Positions 7,867-18,299 of a DNA stretch of 62,064 nt are shown piece after piece. A program made the position numbers and the translations under genes. This stretch comes from a virus (Duplodnaviria > Caudoviricetes): IMG/VR virus record IMGVR_UViG_3300030060_002483, positions 1-62,064 of that record. One strand, 5' to 3'. A model generated the notes under the pieces. It was given only the letters and a program-made list of their open reading frames with translations. It was not told the origin of the DNA and did no database searches. Every line of letters starts with the position of its first letter. Within the stretch, counting starts at the first letter, position 1.

Positions 7867-9732
7867 ATGCCTATAAGTAAAATTAATTTTAGACCAGGAG
7901 TAGTAAGAGAGGGAACCTCTTACTCTAATGAAGGGGGATGGTTTGACGTTAATAAAGTTAGGTTTAACGCAGGTTTACCACAAAAAATAGGTGGTTGGGT
8001 CAAAGATAACACTAACACTTTTTTAGGCACGTGTAGAGCTTTACTGGCTTGGGTCGATTTAGCTGGTACTAAATACTTAGGTTTAGGTACGCATTTAAAA
8101 TACTATGTAGAATTAGGTACAGGTTACCATGATATAACTCCTATACGTAGTACCACTAGTGCGGGTGACGTTACTTTTAGTGCCACTAACGGTAGTAGTT
8201 CTATAACTGTAGCCGACACTGCTCATGGTGCTGTTAAGAATGACTTCGTTACTTTTAGTGGTGCTAGTAGTTTAGGCGGTAATATTACAGCAAACGTACT
8301 AAACCAAGAATATCAAATAGCTAGTATTACTAACGCTAATAGTTACGTAATAACTGCTAAAGATACTAGCGGTACAACAGTTACAGCTAACTCTAGTGAT
8401 AGCGGTAACGGAGGCAGTAGCGTAGTAGGAGCTTATCAAATAAACGTAGGTCTTGATGTTTTTATTTCTAGTACAGGTTGGGGGTCAGGTGCTTGGGGTG
8501 CAGGTGCTTATGGTGAAAGCACAGTGTTGAGTATTAGTAATCAATTAAGGTTGTGGACTCATGATCATTTTGGTGAAGATTTACTTATAAACGTTAGAGC
8601 TGGTGGTTTATATTACTGGGATGAATCAGGTGGCGTTAATAATAGAGCAGTAGAACTTTCAAGTTTAAGCGGTAGTATTTTAGCTCCTACAGTAGGCTTA
8701 CAGGTTTTAGTTTCAGAAACAGATAGACACGTAATAGTTTTAGGTAGTGACCCTATATCAGGCAGTTCAAGAACGGGAGTAGTAGACCCGATGTTAGTGG
8801 CTTTTAGCGATCAAGAAAATTTATTAGATTTTGAACCTTTGTTAAGTAATACAGCTGGTGATTTACGTTTATCAGAGGGCAGTACAATCATAGGTGCTGT
8901 AAAAGCAAGACAAGAAATATTAATATGGACAGACACAGCTTTATATAGTATGCAGTTTATTGGTCCGCCGTTTACTTTTGGGTTAAATTTAATTAATAAC
9001 GCTAGTGGTTTAATATCACCTAACGGAGCAGTAGTGGCTCCTAGCGGAGTTTTTTGGATGGGTTACGATAATTTTTATATTTATAACGGTAGTGTGCAAA
9101 AAGTACCTTGTAGCGTACTTAGTTACGTTTTTGACGATATGAACTCAACACAAACACATAAGTTTTTTGCTTTTACTAATACTGAGTTTGATGAAGTAGG
9201 TTGGTTCTACTGCTCATCAGATAGTAGTGAGATAGACCGTTACGTAGTTTTTGATTACGCAGATAAAGTCTGGACTTACGGTCAAATATCTAGAACGGCT
9301 TGGTTAGATACAGGCGTAAAAAATTACCCAAGAGCGGTTTCTAATAATTATCTATACAGACACGAGTTTGGCTATAACGATGACGGTAGTCCTATGACTG
9401 ATGTCTTTATAGAGAGCAGCGATTTTGATATAGGTGACGGTGATACGTTCTCCTTTATTAGAAAAATAATACCTGATGTAAGGTTTTTAAATAACAGTAC
9501 AGACGGTCAAGTTAACATAGTTTTAAAAACTAGAAATTTTCCAGGTGAGTCATTAAACACCTCAAGCACTAACGCAGTGGGCAGTTCCACCACACAATCA
9601 CACGTTAGGGCTAGAGGTAGACAAGCCGTAGTACGTTTAGAATCAGATGACGATGATACTGACGCAAATAATGATGTGGGGTGGAGACTAGGTTTACTAA
9701 GAATGGACATACAAAACGACGGTAGAAGATGA
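7867..9732 (+). CDS. Tail/virion structural protein (P22 gp10 or tail tubular B-like)
   Basis: 621-aa beta-rich protein at the head of the tail/ejection operon. Confidence 0.65.
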   Translation: MPISKINFRPGVVREGTSYSNEGGWFDVNKVRFNAGLPQKIGGWVKDNTNTFLGTCRALLAWVDLAGTKYLGLGTHLKYYVELGTGYHDITPIRSTTSAGDVTFSATNGSSSITVADTAHGAVKNDFVTFSGASSLGGNITANVLNQEYQIASITNANSYVITAKDTSGTTVTANSSDSGNGGSSVVGAYQINVGLDVFISSTGWGSGAWGAGAYGESTVLSISNQLRLWTHDHFGEDLLINVRAGGLYYWDESGGVNNRAVELSSLSGSILAPTVGLQVLVSETDRHVIVLGSDPISGSSRTGVVDPMLVAFSDQENLLDFEPLLSNTAGDLRLSEGSTIIGAVKARQEILIWTDTALYSMQFIGPPFTFGLNLINNASGLISPNGAVVAPSGVFWMGYDNFYIYNGSVQKVPCSVLSYVFDDMNSTQTHKFFAFTNTEFDEVGWFYCSSDSSEIDRYVVFDYADKVWTYGQISRTAWLDTGVKNYPRAVSNNYLYRHEFGYNDDGSPMTDVFIESSDFDIGDGDTFSFIRKIIPDVRFLNNSTDGQVNIVLKTRNFPGESLNTSSTNAVGSSTTQSHVRARGRQAVVRLESDDDDTDANNDVGWRLGLLRMDIQNDGRR

Positions 9733-10058
9733 GTAAACTTTTAGCAACTAATTTACCGTTAGAGTTAGGGGACAGTGTAACTCCGCTAACTTACAATAAA
9801 TTAGTGAGAATATTAGAACTTAACTTAGGTCAGTTTGACCCTGATAGTATCAGACAAATAGATGGAGAAACGTTAAATAAGGTTAATTTTAATGCGGGTA
9901 GTATCATATGGAACACGACTATAGAGGCTTTACAGGTCTATACGGGTAATAAATGGGAGAATATCTCTACACCTAACAACCCTTTAGGCTTTGAGTTAAC
10001 AGGCTCAGTAGGTAAGGTAAGCGTAGTTAATAAAGGTGATACTACTATAAAAATTTAA
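9729..10058 (+). CDS. Hypothetical virion protein
   Basis: Overlapping stop/start coupling with the previous gene. Confidence 0.55.
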   Translation: MSKLLATNLPLELGDSVTPLTYNKLVRILELNLGQFDPDSIRQIDGETLNKVNFNAGSIIWNTTIEALQVYTGNKWENISTPNNPLGFELTGSVGKVSVVNKGDTTIKI

Positions 10059-10081
10059 GATTTGCCTTTATAATAGATTTT

Positions 10082-11068
10082 ATGGGTTTTTTGAGCAAAT
10101 TAGCGAAAAAGCTAAAATCTTCTATACGAGACATAGCTACAGTAGTGGGTTTCGCTATCGGTGGACCAGCAGGAGCAGCCATAGGTCAGGGTGTAGGTTC
10201 ATTAGCTGAAGGTAGAAGCCTTAAAAAAAGTTTAGGCAGTTCATTAAAAGTTTTCGGCGGAGCTAACGTATTAGCAGGAGCAGGTATAACTGGCGGTAAC
10301 CCAGCTGGTAAGTTGTTTCAAAACACAGGTAGAATACAACTAGGTTCTCCTATGGGAGCTGACGCTTTATCGGGGGGAGCTAAAGGTGTTTTTCAAGGAA
10401 TAGGTTCTGATTTACGTAATGTATTATCAGGTGATATGTCTTTAAGTTCTCTAGGTGAAAACTCTTTAGCTAAAGGTGCTTTTGATAATATTAATAGATT
10501 TGAACAAGCAGCACTAGCCTCTGGAGTCGCTTCTGCTTTAGGAGCAGTTACCGATGACCCTGAAACCTTACCTAATTTTTCTACTGGTAATTTCACTAGT
10601 AGACTAGGTGAAGGCGGTCCAGGACCAATAAACCCTTATACAGGACAACCTTACGGAGAAGAGACTGGCGGTTTAGCAGCAGCAGTACCCATTGACCCTA
10701 GTTTAACAATGGACCCTTTAACTCAAATAATATACGACGAATTAAGAAAAAGACAATACGACCTTTATGACTTACCTAGTTTTGATATGGTTCCAGCAGA
10801 ACACGGTGGAGAAATAAAAAGGTTAGCTGACGGTGGTGCGTTACCTGAGGTAGATTTAAGAGACTCAGGTGGAGAAACTAATGACCCCAACGGTTCAGGC
10901 GATAAAGATACTATACCAGCACTACTAGCTGACGGTGAGTTTGTAATGACTAAACAAGCAGTAAAAGGTATAGGTGACGGTAATCATAGTAAAGGCATTA
11001 GTGCACTTTACGCTATGATGGATAAAAACGAGAAAAAAGCAGAGGGTATGGGCTTAGGTAGAGCATAA
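10082..11068 (+). CDS. Putative ejection/internal virion protein
   Basis: Gly/Ala-rich N-terminal helices; C-terminal GSGDKDTIPALLADGEFVMT motif typical of phage ejection/tape-measure ends. Confidence 0.65.
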   Translation: MGFLSKLAKKLKSSIRDIATVVGFAIGGPAGAAIGQGVGSLAEGRSLKKSLGSSLKVFGGANVLAGAGITGGNPAGKLFQNTGRIQLGSPMGADALSGGAKGVFQGIGSDLRNVLSGDMSLSSLGENSLAKGAFDNINRFEQAALASGVASALGAVTDDPETLPNFSTGNFTSRLGEGGPGPINPYTGQPYGEETGGLAAAVPIDPSLTMDPLTQIIYDELRKRQYDLYDLPSFDMVPAEHGGEIKRLADGGALPEVDLRDSGGETNDPNGSGDKDTIPALLADGEFVMTKQAVKGIGDGNHSKGISALYAMMDKNEKKAEGMGLGRA

Positions 11069-12372
11069 TGAGCACAGAAAATACACAAGATATAGAAAAT
11101 CAACAAACCTTTGGGCAGATAACTGCCCCACCACAATTTATTACTGACTTTTACCGAGGAGGATTGCCTGGAGTACCTGGACTGGTGCCTATGGCTAATC
11201 AGTTTTTCCTTAACCAACTTTACGGCATGGCTGAAGGTCAAACACCTTTTGATTACGGATCACGTATAGCTGATTTTACGCCTGCTGAAAGAAAAGCTTT
11301 TGATATGACTTACGATAGAATGGGTAGTTATAAACCATTTTTAGGTGCTGCTGGTGATATTTTTGGGCAAAGTTATTCAGACTTACTACGTACTGGTAGT
11401 ATGGGTGAAGGTCTCATAGGAGCAGGAGCTAATAAGTTAGGTCAGTTTACAGACTTAGCTACAGGCATGTACGGTAAGGCTCCAGGTGCAGCAGAAGCAG
11501 GAACCATGGCTGGTGCTGGAGCTATAGGTCAGGGGATAACAGGCAGTAGAGCAGGGTTAGGTCAATTCAACCCACGTTCAGCTAGTAGTTTTTTTAACCC
11601 TTTTGAAACTAACGTAGTAGATACAGCATTACAAGATTTACAAAGGCAAGGCGATAGAGCTAGTAAACAACGTAGAGCTAGAGCGGTAAGCTCAGGTGCT
11701 TTTGGCGGTAGTAGAGCTAGGTTAGGTTTAGAAGAAGGTGAAAGAGCCTTACGTAGTGCACAAGCTGACGTGGCTGGTAAATTACGTCAAAGTGGTTTTG
11801 ATAAAGCAATGCAACAAGCCATAGGCACAGACGAAGCAGCAAGACGTAGAGCTTTACAACAAGCTGGGTTGATGGGCTCGTTTGGTAATCAACTAGCTGG
11901 CATGGGTAGAGGATTAGCAGGAGTCTACGGTAACGTAGCTAGTGGGCTAGGTGGACTAGGTGCTAACTTTGGACAACTTATGTCAGGTATGGGTACTGAT
12001 TTAGCAGGTATAGGACAAAGAGGAGCTCAAATAGGTACGGGTATAGGTGGTGCGTTTAGTGGTTTAGGTCAAAACTTATACGGGCTACAAGGTCAAGATA
12101 TAGCTAGTATGATGAATATGGGTAGAACTCAAAGAGCCATGGACCAAGCTAGAATGGATGAGGCATATAGAGATTACGTAGGTAAATTTAATATGCCTAC
12201 TAATTTATTAAGTCAATACGCAGGTATTATGGGCGGTATTACACCTAACTTAGGTACTTACACAAGAGGATACGCCGACCCTGGAGAAGCTGATGATGGT
12301 GGTTTTATAAGTAGATTAGGAGATTTAGCTAACTTATACGGTACATTCCAGGGAAATAATCAAAGTGCCTAG
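11068..12372 (+). CDS. Putative DNA ejection/pilot protein (Gly/Gln-rich)
   Basis: NPF...GAFGGSR motif; Gly/Ala/Gln-rich helices; position in the ejection operon. Confidence 0.65.
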   Translation: MSTENTQDIENQQTFGQITAPPQFITDFYRGGLPGVPGLVPMANQFFLNQLYGMAEGQTPFDYGSRIADFTPAERKAFDMTYDRMGSYKPFLGAAGDIFGQSYSDLLRTGSMGEGLIGAGANKLGQFTDLATGMYGKAPGAAEAGTMAGAGAIGQGITGSRAGLGQFNPRSASSFFNPFETNVVDTALQDLQRQGDRASKQRRARAVSSGAFGGSRARLGLEEGERALRSAQADVAGKLRQSGFDKAMQQAIGTDEAARRRALQQAGLMGSFGNQLAGMGRGLAGVYGNVASGLGGLGANFGQLMSGMGTDLAGIGQRGAQIGTGIGGAFSGLGQNLYGLQGQDIASMMNMGRTQRAMDQARMDEAYRDYVGKFNMPTNLLSQYAGIMGGITPNLGTYTRGYADPGEADDGGFISRLGDLANLYGTFQGNNQSA

Positions 12373-14776
12373 AAGAGATGTTTATACAGATAATGTGTTC
12401 AGACCAAATGAGGAACCCACATTACCGAGCTCAGTTACGGATAACGTATTTAGACCGAATCAAGAAACCCCACAGCCTGTGATGTATTCAGGAATCGCCA
12501 ACACAGGCACTGACACAGAAATAGTTGATCAAGCTACTGAAAATATGATTGCTGCCCTTGACCCTGTTTTAGTAGGTGACGACCCAACACTCAACGAATT
12601 ATTAAATAGCTCAGCTGTGTATGGTTCTTTAAATAAAGACGTAGATACTATACGTGATACGTATAACGCTGTACGTAATATTAATGATGACAAACTACTT
12701 ACAGATGAAGAAAAACAAGGTGTGTATAGAGACGCAGTAAGTAAAATGTTAGAAATACCTGAAGAAGATTTAGGTAAATACTTTCAAAAACCAGACGAAG
12801 CTTTACCGTTTATGGTGGCTGGTGCTTCGTTAAAAGCCTCAGGTAAACGTGGTGACAGTTTAGGGGAGAGTTTACTAGAAGCTTTTATGAGTTACAGAGT
12901 AGCTAAAAAGAGTGGCGAAAAAGCTTTTGATAAACAAGTAAAAGACTACGAACTAAGTAAAAAGAAATTAGTTGATAGGTTCCTAGTAGATTTAGCAATA
13001 GATGATGAAAGAACTTTAAATAATATAGCTCAAGCTTATTTAAACGACAGGTATTTTGAATCACCTAAAATGTATATGATATCAGACTCTAAAGGAGAGT
13101 TTGTTAATCCACCTAAAGTCATGAGTGATTTTGAAGTAAATAAATTTAAAAGTAATAACCCTAACGTAACTATAAGACCTTATGATAAAGCTGAAGACGA
13201 TTTAAAAAACTATACTATTAGGTATAGAGAAAAAGACGGCACTACCAGTGAGGTTAGTGGTTTAATGACTAAAGGTGCTGTAAGAAATTACATACCTATA
13301 GACAGCGGAGGTTTAGGTAAATACGATAACGTATTAAGCGTTGAAGAAGGGGCTGGTAATACTAACCTTAAAAATTATTTAATTGAGTACACAGACGGTA
13401 GAGAGGCTACACAAATATCTTTAAACCCTGACCAATATACTGCGTATAATAATGAAAAAGATAGTAGAGGAATAAAAAGTATTAGTCAGCTTACTGGCGG
13501 TTTTACTTGGGCTATAGACAATAGAGGTGAGTCACCTGTGCTAGGTTACTTTAGTAACGCAGAACTAGCATCGGCAGGTCCAGGAGACTTTAGCCCTAAA
13601 CCAGGAATGAACGTAGAGGTTACAAAAGATGGCGTGGTAATGAGTGACGGTAGCCCTAATGCTATGTTAACGGCTAAGTATAAAGACGGTAGAAAAAAAG
13701 GCGAAGAAATAAGAACTAAAATAGACACTACAGAAACATTAGTAGATAATTATTTTATATCAGCCAGACAAGTAGATGACCTTTTAGCAGAGTTTGAAGG
13801 TAATAGAGATTTACTTATGAATAACCTAGCTGCACAAGGAGCTACCTTCGCTGATAAAGTAGTAGTTAGTATCAACGCAATAGGTGATTTATTCAGGAGC
13901 CCAGCTAAAGAAGGCGGATATACTTTTAAAGTAGGTAACGAAACAGTTAGTTACACCGACTTTCAAAGTAGTATTATAGACAGCCGAGAGTGGCAAGAAT
14001 TTAGTAAAGGTCCGTTAGGTCAAACTTTAAAAGACGCTGGTGTTACTGGACAAGCATTTAACGCAGCACTTTTTGATTTAGCAATGATTGCTGCCAGTAC
14101 TTACGGTAATAAAGAAAGTTTAGATATGCGTGCGTTGAGTGATAAAGACATACAACTTTTCTTAAGAACTCAAGGTAATGAAGCTTATAGTTTTGACGGT
14201 TATTTAAAAATAATAGGTGGTTTTAGAACTAGATTATTAGAACGTAATATTAACGTACTAGAAAGATACTTAGAAGACCCAGCTTATTTCTATGAAGGTA
14301 TTATAGATGAAAGAGGTAACTATGATTCTGACTGGCAAAAAACTACCAATGATAGAATAAGAACTATACTAGGTGTAGACGAAGAAGGTAATGAAACTGG
14401 AGAAGGGCTTTACGGTTTACTTAGAGAAACAGCTGATATTACTGCACCTAACGCAACACCTACTTTAAAAAGAACTGACGACGTTAGTAGTACAGATAAA
14501 AATGAAATAGACTTAACTGAATTAGTATTAGACCCACAAAGCCAAAACGTGGTACAAGCTTTTAGTGCTTACGGAGTGACACCTAGTAAAACTTACACAC
14601 AAAACACTGAACTACGTAACGGTTATAGTATAGGCAATTTAGTTAATATGTATTTATCTACTCCACCAGAGTCGCAAGCACGTGCTATATTTTTAGCTAA
14701 TTTAAAGAAACAACTTAGAGAAGAAGAATATGCTGCGTTTGATATTTATAAGAGTTTAGCAGTGAGGAATCAATAA
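12365..14776 (+). CDS. Large putative internal virion protein
   Basis: 803-aa ORF in the ejection operon; duplicated TDNVFRPN at the N-terminus. Confidence 0.55.
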   Translation: MPRRDVYTDNVFRPNEEPTLPSSVTDNVFRPNQETPQPVMYSGIANTGTDTEIVDQATENMIAALDPVLVGDDPTLNELLNSSAVYGSLNKDVDTIRDTYNAVRNINDDKLLTDEEKQGVYRDAVSKMLEIPEEDLGKYFQKPDEALPFMVAGASLKASGKRGDSLGESLLEAFMSYRVAKKSGEKAFDKQVKDYELSKKKLVDRFLVDLAIDDERTLNNIAQAYLNDRYFESPKMYMISDSKGEFVNPPKVMSDFEVNKFKSNNPNVTIRPYDKAEDDLKNYTIRYREKDGTTSEVSGLMTKGAVRNYIPIDSGGLGKYDNVLSVEEGAGNTNLKNYLIEYTDGREATQISLNPDQYTAYNNEKDSRGIKSISQLTGGFTWAIDNRGESPVLGYFSNAELASAGPGDFSPKPGMNVEVTKDGVVMSDGSPNAMLTAKYKDGRKKGEEIRTKIDTTETLVDNYFISARQVDDLLAEFEGNRDLLMNNLAAQGATFADKVVVSINAIGDLFRSPAKEGGYTFKVGNETVSYTDFQSSIIDSREWQEFSKGPLGQTLKDAGVTGQAFNAALFDLAMIAASTYGNKESLDMRALSDKDIQLFLRTQGNEAYSFDGYLKIIGGFRTRLLERNINVLERYLEDPAYFYEGIIDERGNYDSDWQKTTNDRIRTILGVDEEGNETGEGLYGLLRETADITAPNATPTLKRTDDVSSTDKNEIDLTELVLDPQSQNVVQAFSAYGVTPSKTYTQNTELRNGYSIGNLVNMYLSTPPESQARAIFLANLKKQLREEEYAAFDIYKSLAVRNQ

Positions 14777-16812
14777 TGGCTGTAGGTGATATAGTAGATT
14801 TAGATGAAATACTAGAAGGTTACACACCTATGGTAGATCCGCAGTTTAGCCCAGAAGTTAGCAGAGCAGCAGTAAAAGATTTAAATTTTTTTGAAAGACC
14901 TAGCCAAGAAGAAATAGCTAGAGACTTATACGGTATAACAGCAGAGAGTGCACCATCGGCAACATTAGGATCTACTTTATTAAGTACAACTTTTGGAGAC
15001 ATAGCAGCACAAAGAGCACTTGGACCGTTTTATAATTTATTAAATAAAGATAGTCCACCTGTTGATATAGTAAAAGATGCTAATTTTTTACCTAAAGATC
15101 AATTTGAAAGAGGTCAAAAGGCTCTACTACTTGAGTATTACCAAGACAGCAGTCTTAGGGAACTCGACCCTAGAATAGACCCCACCACTAATAGAATGAC
15201 CTACATTAGACCTGAAGACGGTAAACGTATTTACGTTAACGCACCTGGAGTTGATTTAGCAGATTTTAAAACTAGCTTTATAGAACCCTTAGCACTTGAT
15301 TTAGTTGGTGCCGTGGGTGGTGGTGCTTTAGGGTTACAAGCAGAAGCACGAGGCAAAATAGGTAAATTCGCTAGTGGTGCTATAGGTGCTTTATTCGGTA
15401 GTAGTGCAGCTGAAAGTTTAGGTTTAGGTACTGCAGGTCAGGCAGGGGTAGGAACAGCAGGAGCAGCAGTAGGCTACGCTTCACCCACTTTAGCTTTGAG
15501 TGCTGAAGGTGCTTTTTTAACTCATATGTTATGGAGAAAAGCTAATCTAGAAGGTTTAAGGGAAAGAGGTATATTAGACGAAACTTATACCGACGAAAAA
15601 ATATTAAGAACAGCAGTACAAGACGCCTCTATAGTAGGTGGTACTGAACTAGTAGGCGGAACTTTATTCGCTGGTTTAAGTAAATTAATAGGTGCCAACC
15701 CAGCTAGTGTAGGTATAAGTAGAGAACAATTTGAAACTGCCTTAGATACGGTTAAAACTATGCGTAAAGAAGCTAGTACTCCACAAGAAAAAGAGTTATT
15801 AGATAACTTAACCGTACCCGAAGTTTTAGAAGTAGCAGGAGTTGACGCACCGTTTAAAATACCGTACATGAAAGCAGGTATAGAACGTTTAGGTCAAAGT
15901 CCACAATTAACCTCAAACGCAGTTTATAGAGAAATACTAGAAGAACAAACAAGAAGAACTAAAGCGATGGGGGATTTTTTTGAGAGTACAGGTATTGACC
16001 CAGCTATCTTTAAACCAGTAGACGCCACTAAAGCTAAACAAGGTTTCGGTGAGAGTATGCTCAGCTACGCCGATGATAAAGTTTTACCTAACGCTAAACC
16101 TAACCAAAAAGCCCTAATAAACCTCTTTAAAAACAATGAAGGTGAGCCAGAAATGATTTTTGGTAGCGTATGGAAGCCACAATCAGTGAGTTTAAACCAA
16201 GCTTTAATAGGTAAACTAACTAGAAAAGGAGACGAAGCTAGTAAGGACGTATTTAAAAGTTTAATCTATAAAGACTTTTTACAAAACACCGTTGACGGTA
16301 ACGGTAAGTTTGTTTCAGGGAACGTTGATAAATATCTTAGACAATACTCAGACTCATTAGGAGTTTGGTTTGGTGATGATATGGTAAAGGGTTTACAAAG
16401 TTATAACACCTTACTTAAAAAAATTGATACGGGAGCCGTGAAAGTACCAGAAGGCATTGTTCTTAATACGGTTAAAAAAATGGTCAATGATTTAGTTAGA
16501 GCTTACGTAGGTATCTTCACTAGAGAGGGTCGTGTAGTGACTGCTTTAACTAGAGGAGCAGATAGAGCTAAATTAGGTAACTATGAAAAATTAATACTAG
16601 ACCCAGAACTATTAGCTGAAAGAATAGCTAAAAGAGAGTTTTTTGATGACCCTGATATTAGGTTATTAGCTAGATTTTTAAGTAGAGGTTACGGTCAAGA
16701 CAGGTTTATAACCCCAGACGATACAATAATTTACGGGGAAACACCTTTAGCTGAAGAGCAAGATAAGGTAAACTTAGAAGTACTAGACAGCATTTTAGCG
16801 GAGTTTGAATGA
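14776..16812 (+). CDS. Large putative internal virion protein
   Basis: 678 aa with Gly/Ala-rich hydrophobic segments; translationally coupled. Confidence 0.55.
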   Translation: MAVGDIVDLDEILEGYTPMVDPQFSPEVSRAAVKDLNFFERPSQEEIARDLYGITAESAPSATLGSTLLSTTFGDIAAQRALGPFYNLLNKDSPPVDIVKDANFLPKDQFERGQKALLLEYYQDSSLRELDPRIDPTTNRMTYIRPEDGKRIYVNAPGVDLADFKTSFIEPLALDLVGAVGGGALGLQAEARGKIGKFASGAIGALFGSSAAESLGLGTAGQAGVGTAGAAVGYASPTLALSAEGAFLTHMLWRKANLEGLRERGILDETYTDEKILRTAVQDASIVGGTELVGGTLFAGLSKLIGANPASVGISREQFETALDTVKTMRKEASTPQEKELLDNLTVPEVLEVAGVDAPFKIPYMKAGIERLGQSPQLTSNAVYREILEEQTRRTKAMGDFFESTGIDPAIFKPVDATKAKQGFGESMLSYADDKVLPNAKPNQKALINLFKNNEGEPEMIFGSVWKPQSVSLNQALIGKLTRKGDEASKDVFKSLIYKDFLQNTVDGNGKFVSGNVDKYLRQYSDSLGVWFGDDMVKGLQSYNTLLKKIDTGAVKVPEGIVLNTVKKMVNDLVRAYVGIFTREGRVVTALTRGADRAKLGNYEKLILDPELLAERIAKREFFDDPDIRLLARFLSRGYGQDRFITPDDTIIYGETPLAEEQDKVNLEVLDSILAEFE

Positions 16813-18299
16813 GCATAGGTAGTTTTTTCGGTAGAGGTGGCGGGTTTTACGGTATAAATCCTATGGTTCGTCCTTCACCTTTTAGTGCGCCACCACGTTT
16901 ACAAACTCAAGGTCCAGAATCGCTGAGAAGGTTTGGTCTCAACCAAGACATGTATAGACCTCAACCTGCTATATCTCTCCCTGCTGGACCAGTACAATAC
17001 GTAGGCGGAAGCCCAAACTTTAATTATAGAGGTCCACGTTTTGAACCGCCAGAGCCACTACCACCTGGAGAGGGGTTTATAGATGAAGGTGGTAACGGTA
17101 ACGGTAGACCTAAACCACCGCCTTCAATCGGTGGTCCAGGTCCAGGTCCAATAGATCCGCCTCCAGGAACACGACCACCAACGCCACCACAACCACCACA
17201 ACCACCACAACCACCTAGATTTGGTTTTGGGTTAGGTAATTTCGGTAGTTTTTTCGGTAATCAAAATCCGTTTATGAGTAACTTCGGCGGACTAAATCCT
17301 TATTCAAGTTATGGGTTTGGCGGAGGATTAGGTGGATTCGGAGGAGGAATGCAAGGAATGTACCCTTCTTTTGGCTTTAACCCTTACAATACATTTATGG
17401 GAGCTTTAGGCGGAGGAGGTTTTCCAGGGATAGGTAGACCACCGATAGGAGCACCTATTAGACCGTCACCGCCAGTAATAGGTTTCCCGCCACCGTTTAT
17501 GCCTAGACCTATACAAAGACCTATGCCTATGCCTCAACCTATGCCTATGCCCGTACGTGGAGGAATTGTGCCTCACGGTGGTTTAGGTAGTATTCAAATG
17601 AATGTACCAGAGCAACTACAACAACCACATGGCTATTTGAGTGGTGGAGACGTAGATAAAAGAAAAAGAGAGAACATAATTAATCCACCAAGAACGGATA
17701 CTGACCCTAATAATATGATGGCTCAACTTAGTGCGTTACTGGCTAGAACTATACGACCTTATATAACTGGGGAAACACCAGAACCCCCACCAGGAAAACC
17801 GCCTGTTAAACCACCTATAGATCCACCACCACCTCCGCCTCCGCCTCCGCCACCGCCTATAGATCCACCACCACCGATCAAACCACCGCCACCGCCTATA
17901 GTTCCACCGCCTATAGATCCGCCACCACCACCGATCAAACCACCGCCACCGCCTTATGATCCACCAATCAAACCACCCGTTAAACCACCTATACAGGTAG
18001 GACCACCTGTGGGTATGCCTTTACCTACGCCTACGCCTAGACCACCTATAGCTATAGGACCTATGCCTCAACCACCTTCGCCCTTTCCTATAAGACCGCC
18101 TATGCCTAAACCCAGACCACCCGTGAGTGCTGTAGGTATGCGACCTGTGGCTACTTTTAATATGAGCGACCCTCAAGGTATATTAAGAGATCTACAAGAA
18201 ATGTCAAACGAAGATGATAAGTTAATGAGCGGTTTAGGTTTATTAGCTGGTGGCGTAGATGACGAAGCTCTTGAAATTATAGATAGAGTATTAGGTTAA
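16809..18299 (+). CDS. Pro/Gly-rich low-complexity protein
   Basis: 496-aa uninterrupted ORF with poly-Pro, IDPPPP repeats and GFGG repeats; ATGA coupling. Confidence 0.7.
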   Translation: MSIGSFFGRGGGFYGINPMVRPSPFSAPPRLQTQGPESLRRFGLNQDMYRPQPAISLPAGPVQYVGGSPNFNYRGPRFEPPEPLPPGEGFIDEGGNGNGRPKPPPSIGGPGPGPIDPPPGTRPPTPPQPPQPPQPPRFGFGLGNFGSFFGNQNPFMSNFGGLNPYSSYGFGGGLGGFGGGMQGMYPSFGFNPYNTFMGALGGGGFPGIGRPPIGAPIRPSPPVIGFPPPFMPRPIQRPMPMPQPMPMPVRGGIVPHGGLGSIQMNVPEQLQQPHGYLSGGDVDKRKRENIINPPRTDTDPNNMMAQLSALLARTIRPYITGETPEPPPGKPPVKPPIDPPPPPPPPPPPPIDPPPPIKPPPPPIVPPPIDPPPPPIKPPPPPYDPPIKPPVKPPIQVGPPVGMPLPTPTPRPPIAIGPMPQPPSPFPIRPPMPKPRPPVSAVGMRPVATFNMSDPQGILRDLQEMSNEDDKLMSGLGLLAGGVDDEALEIIDRVLG

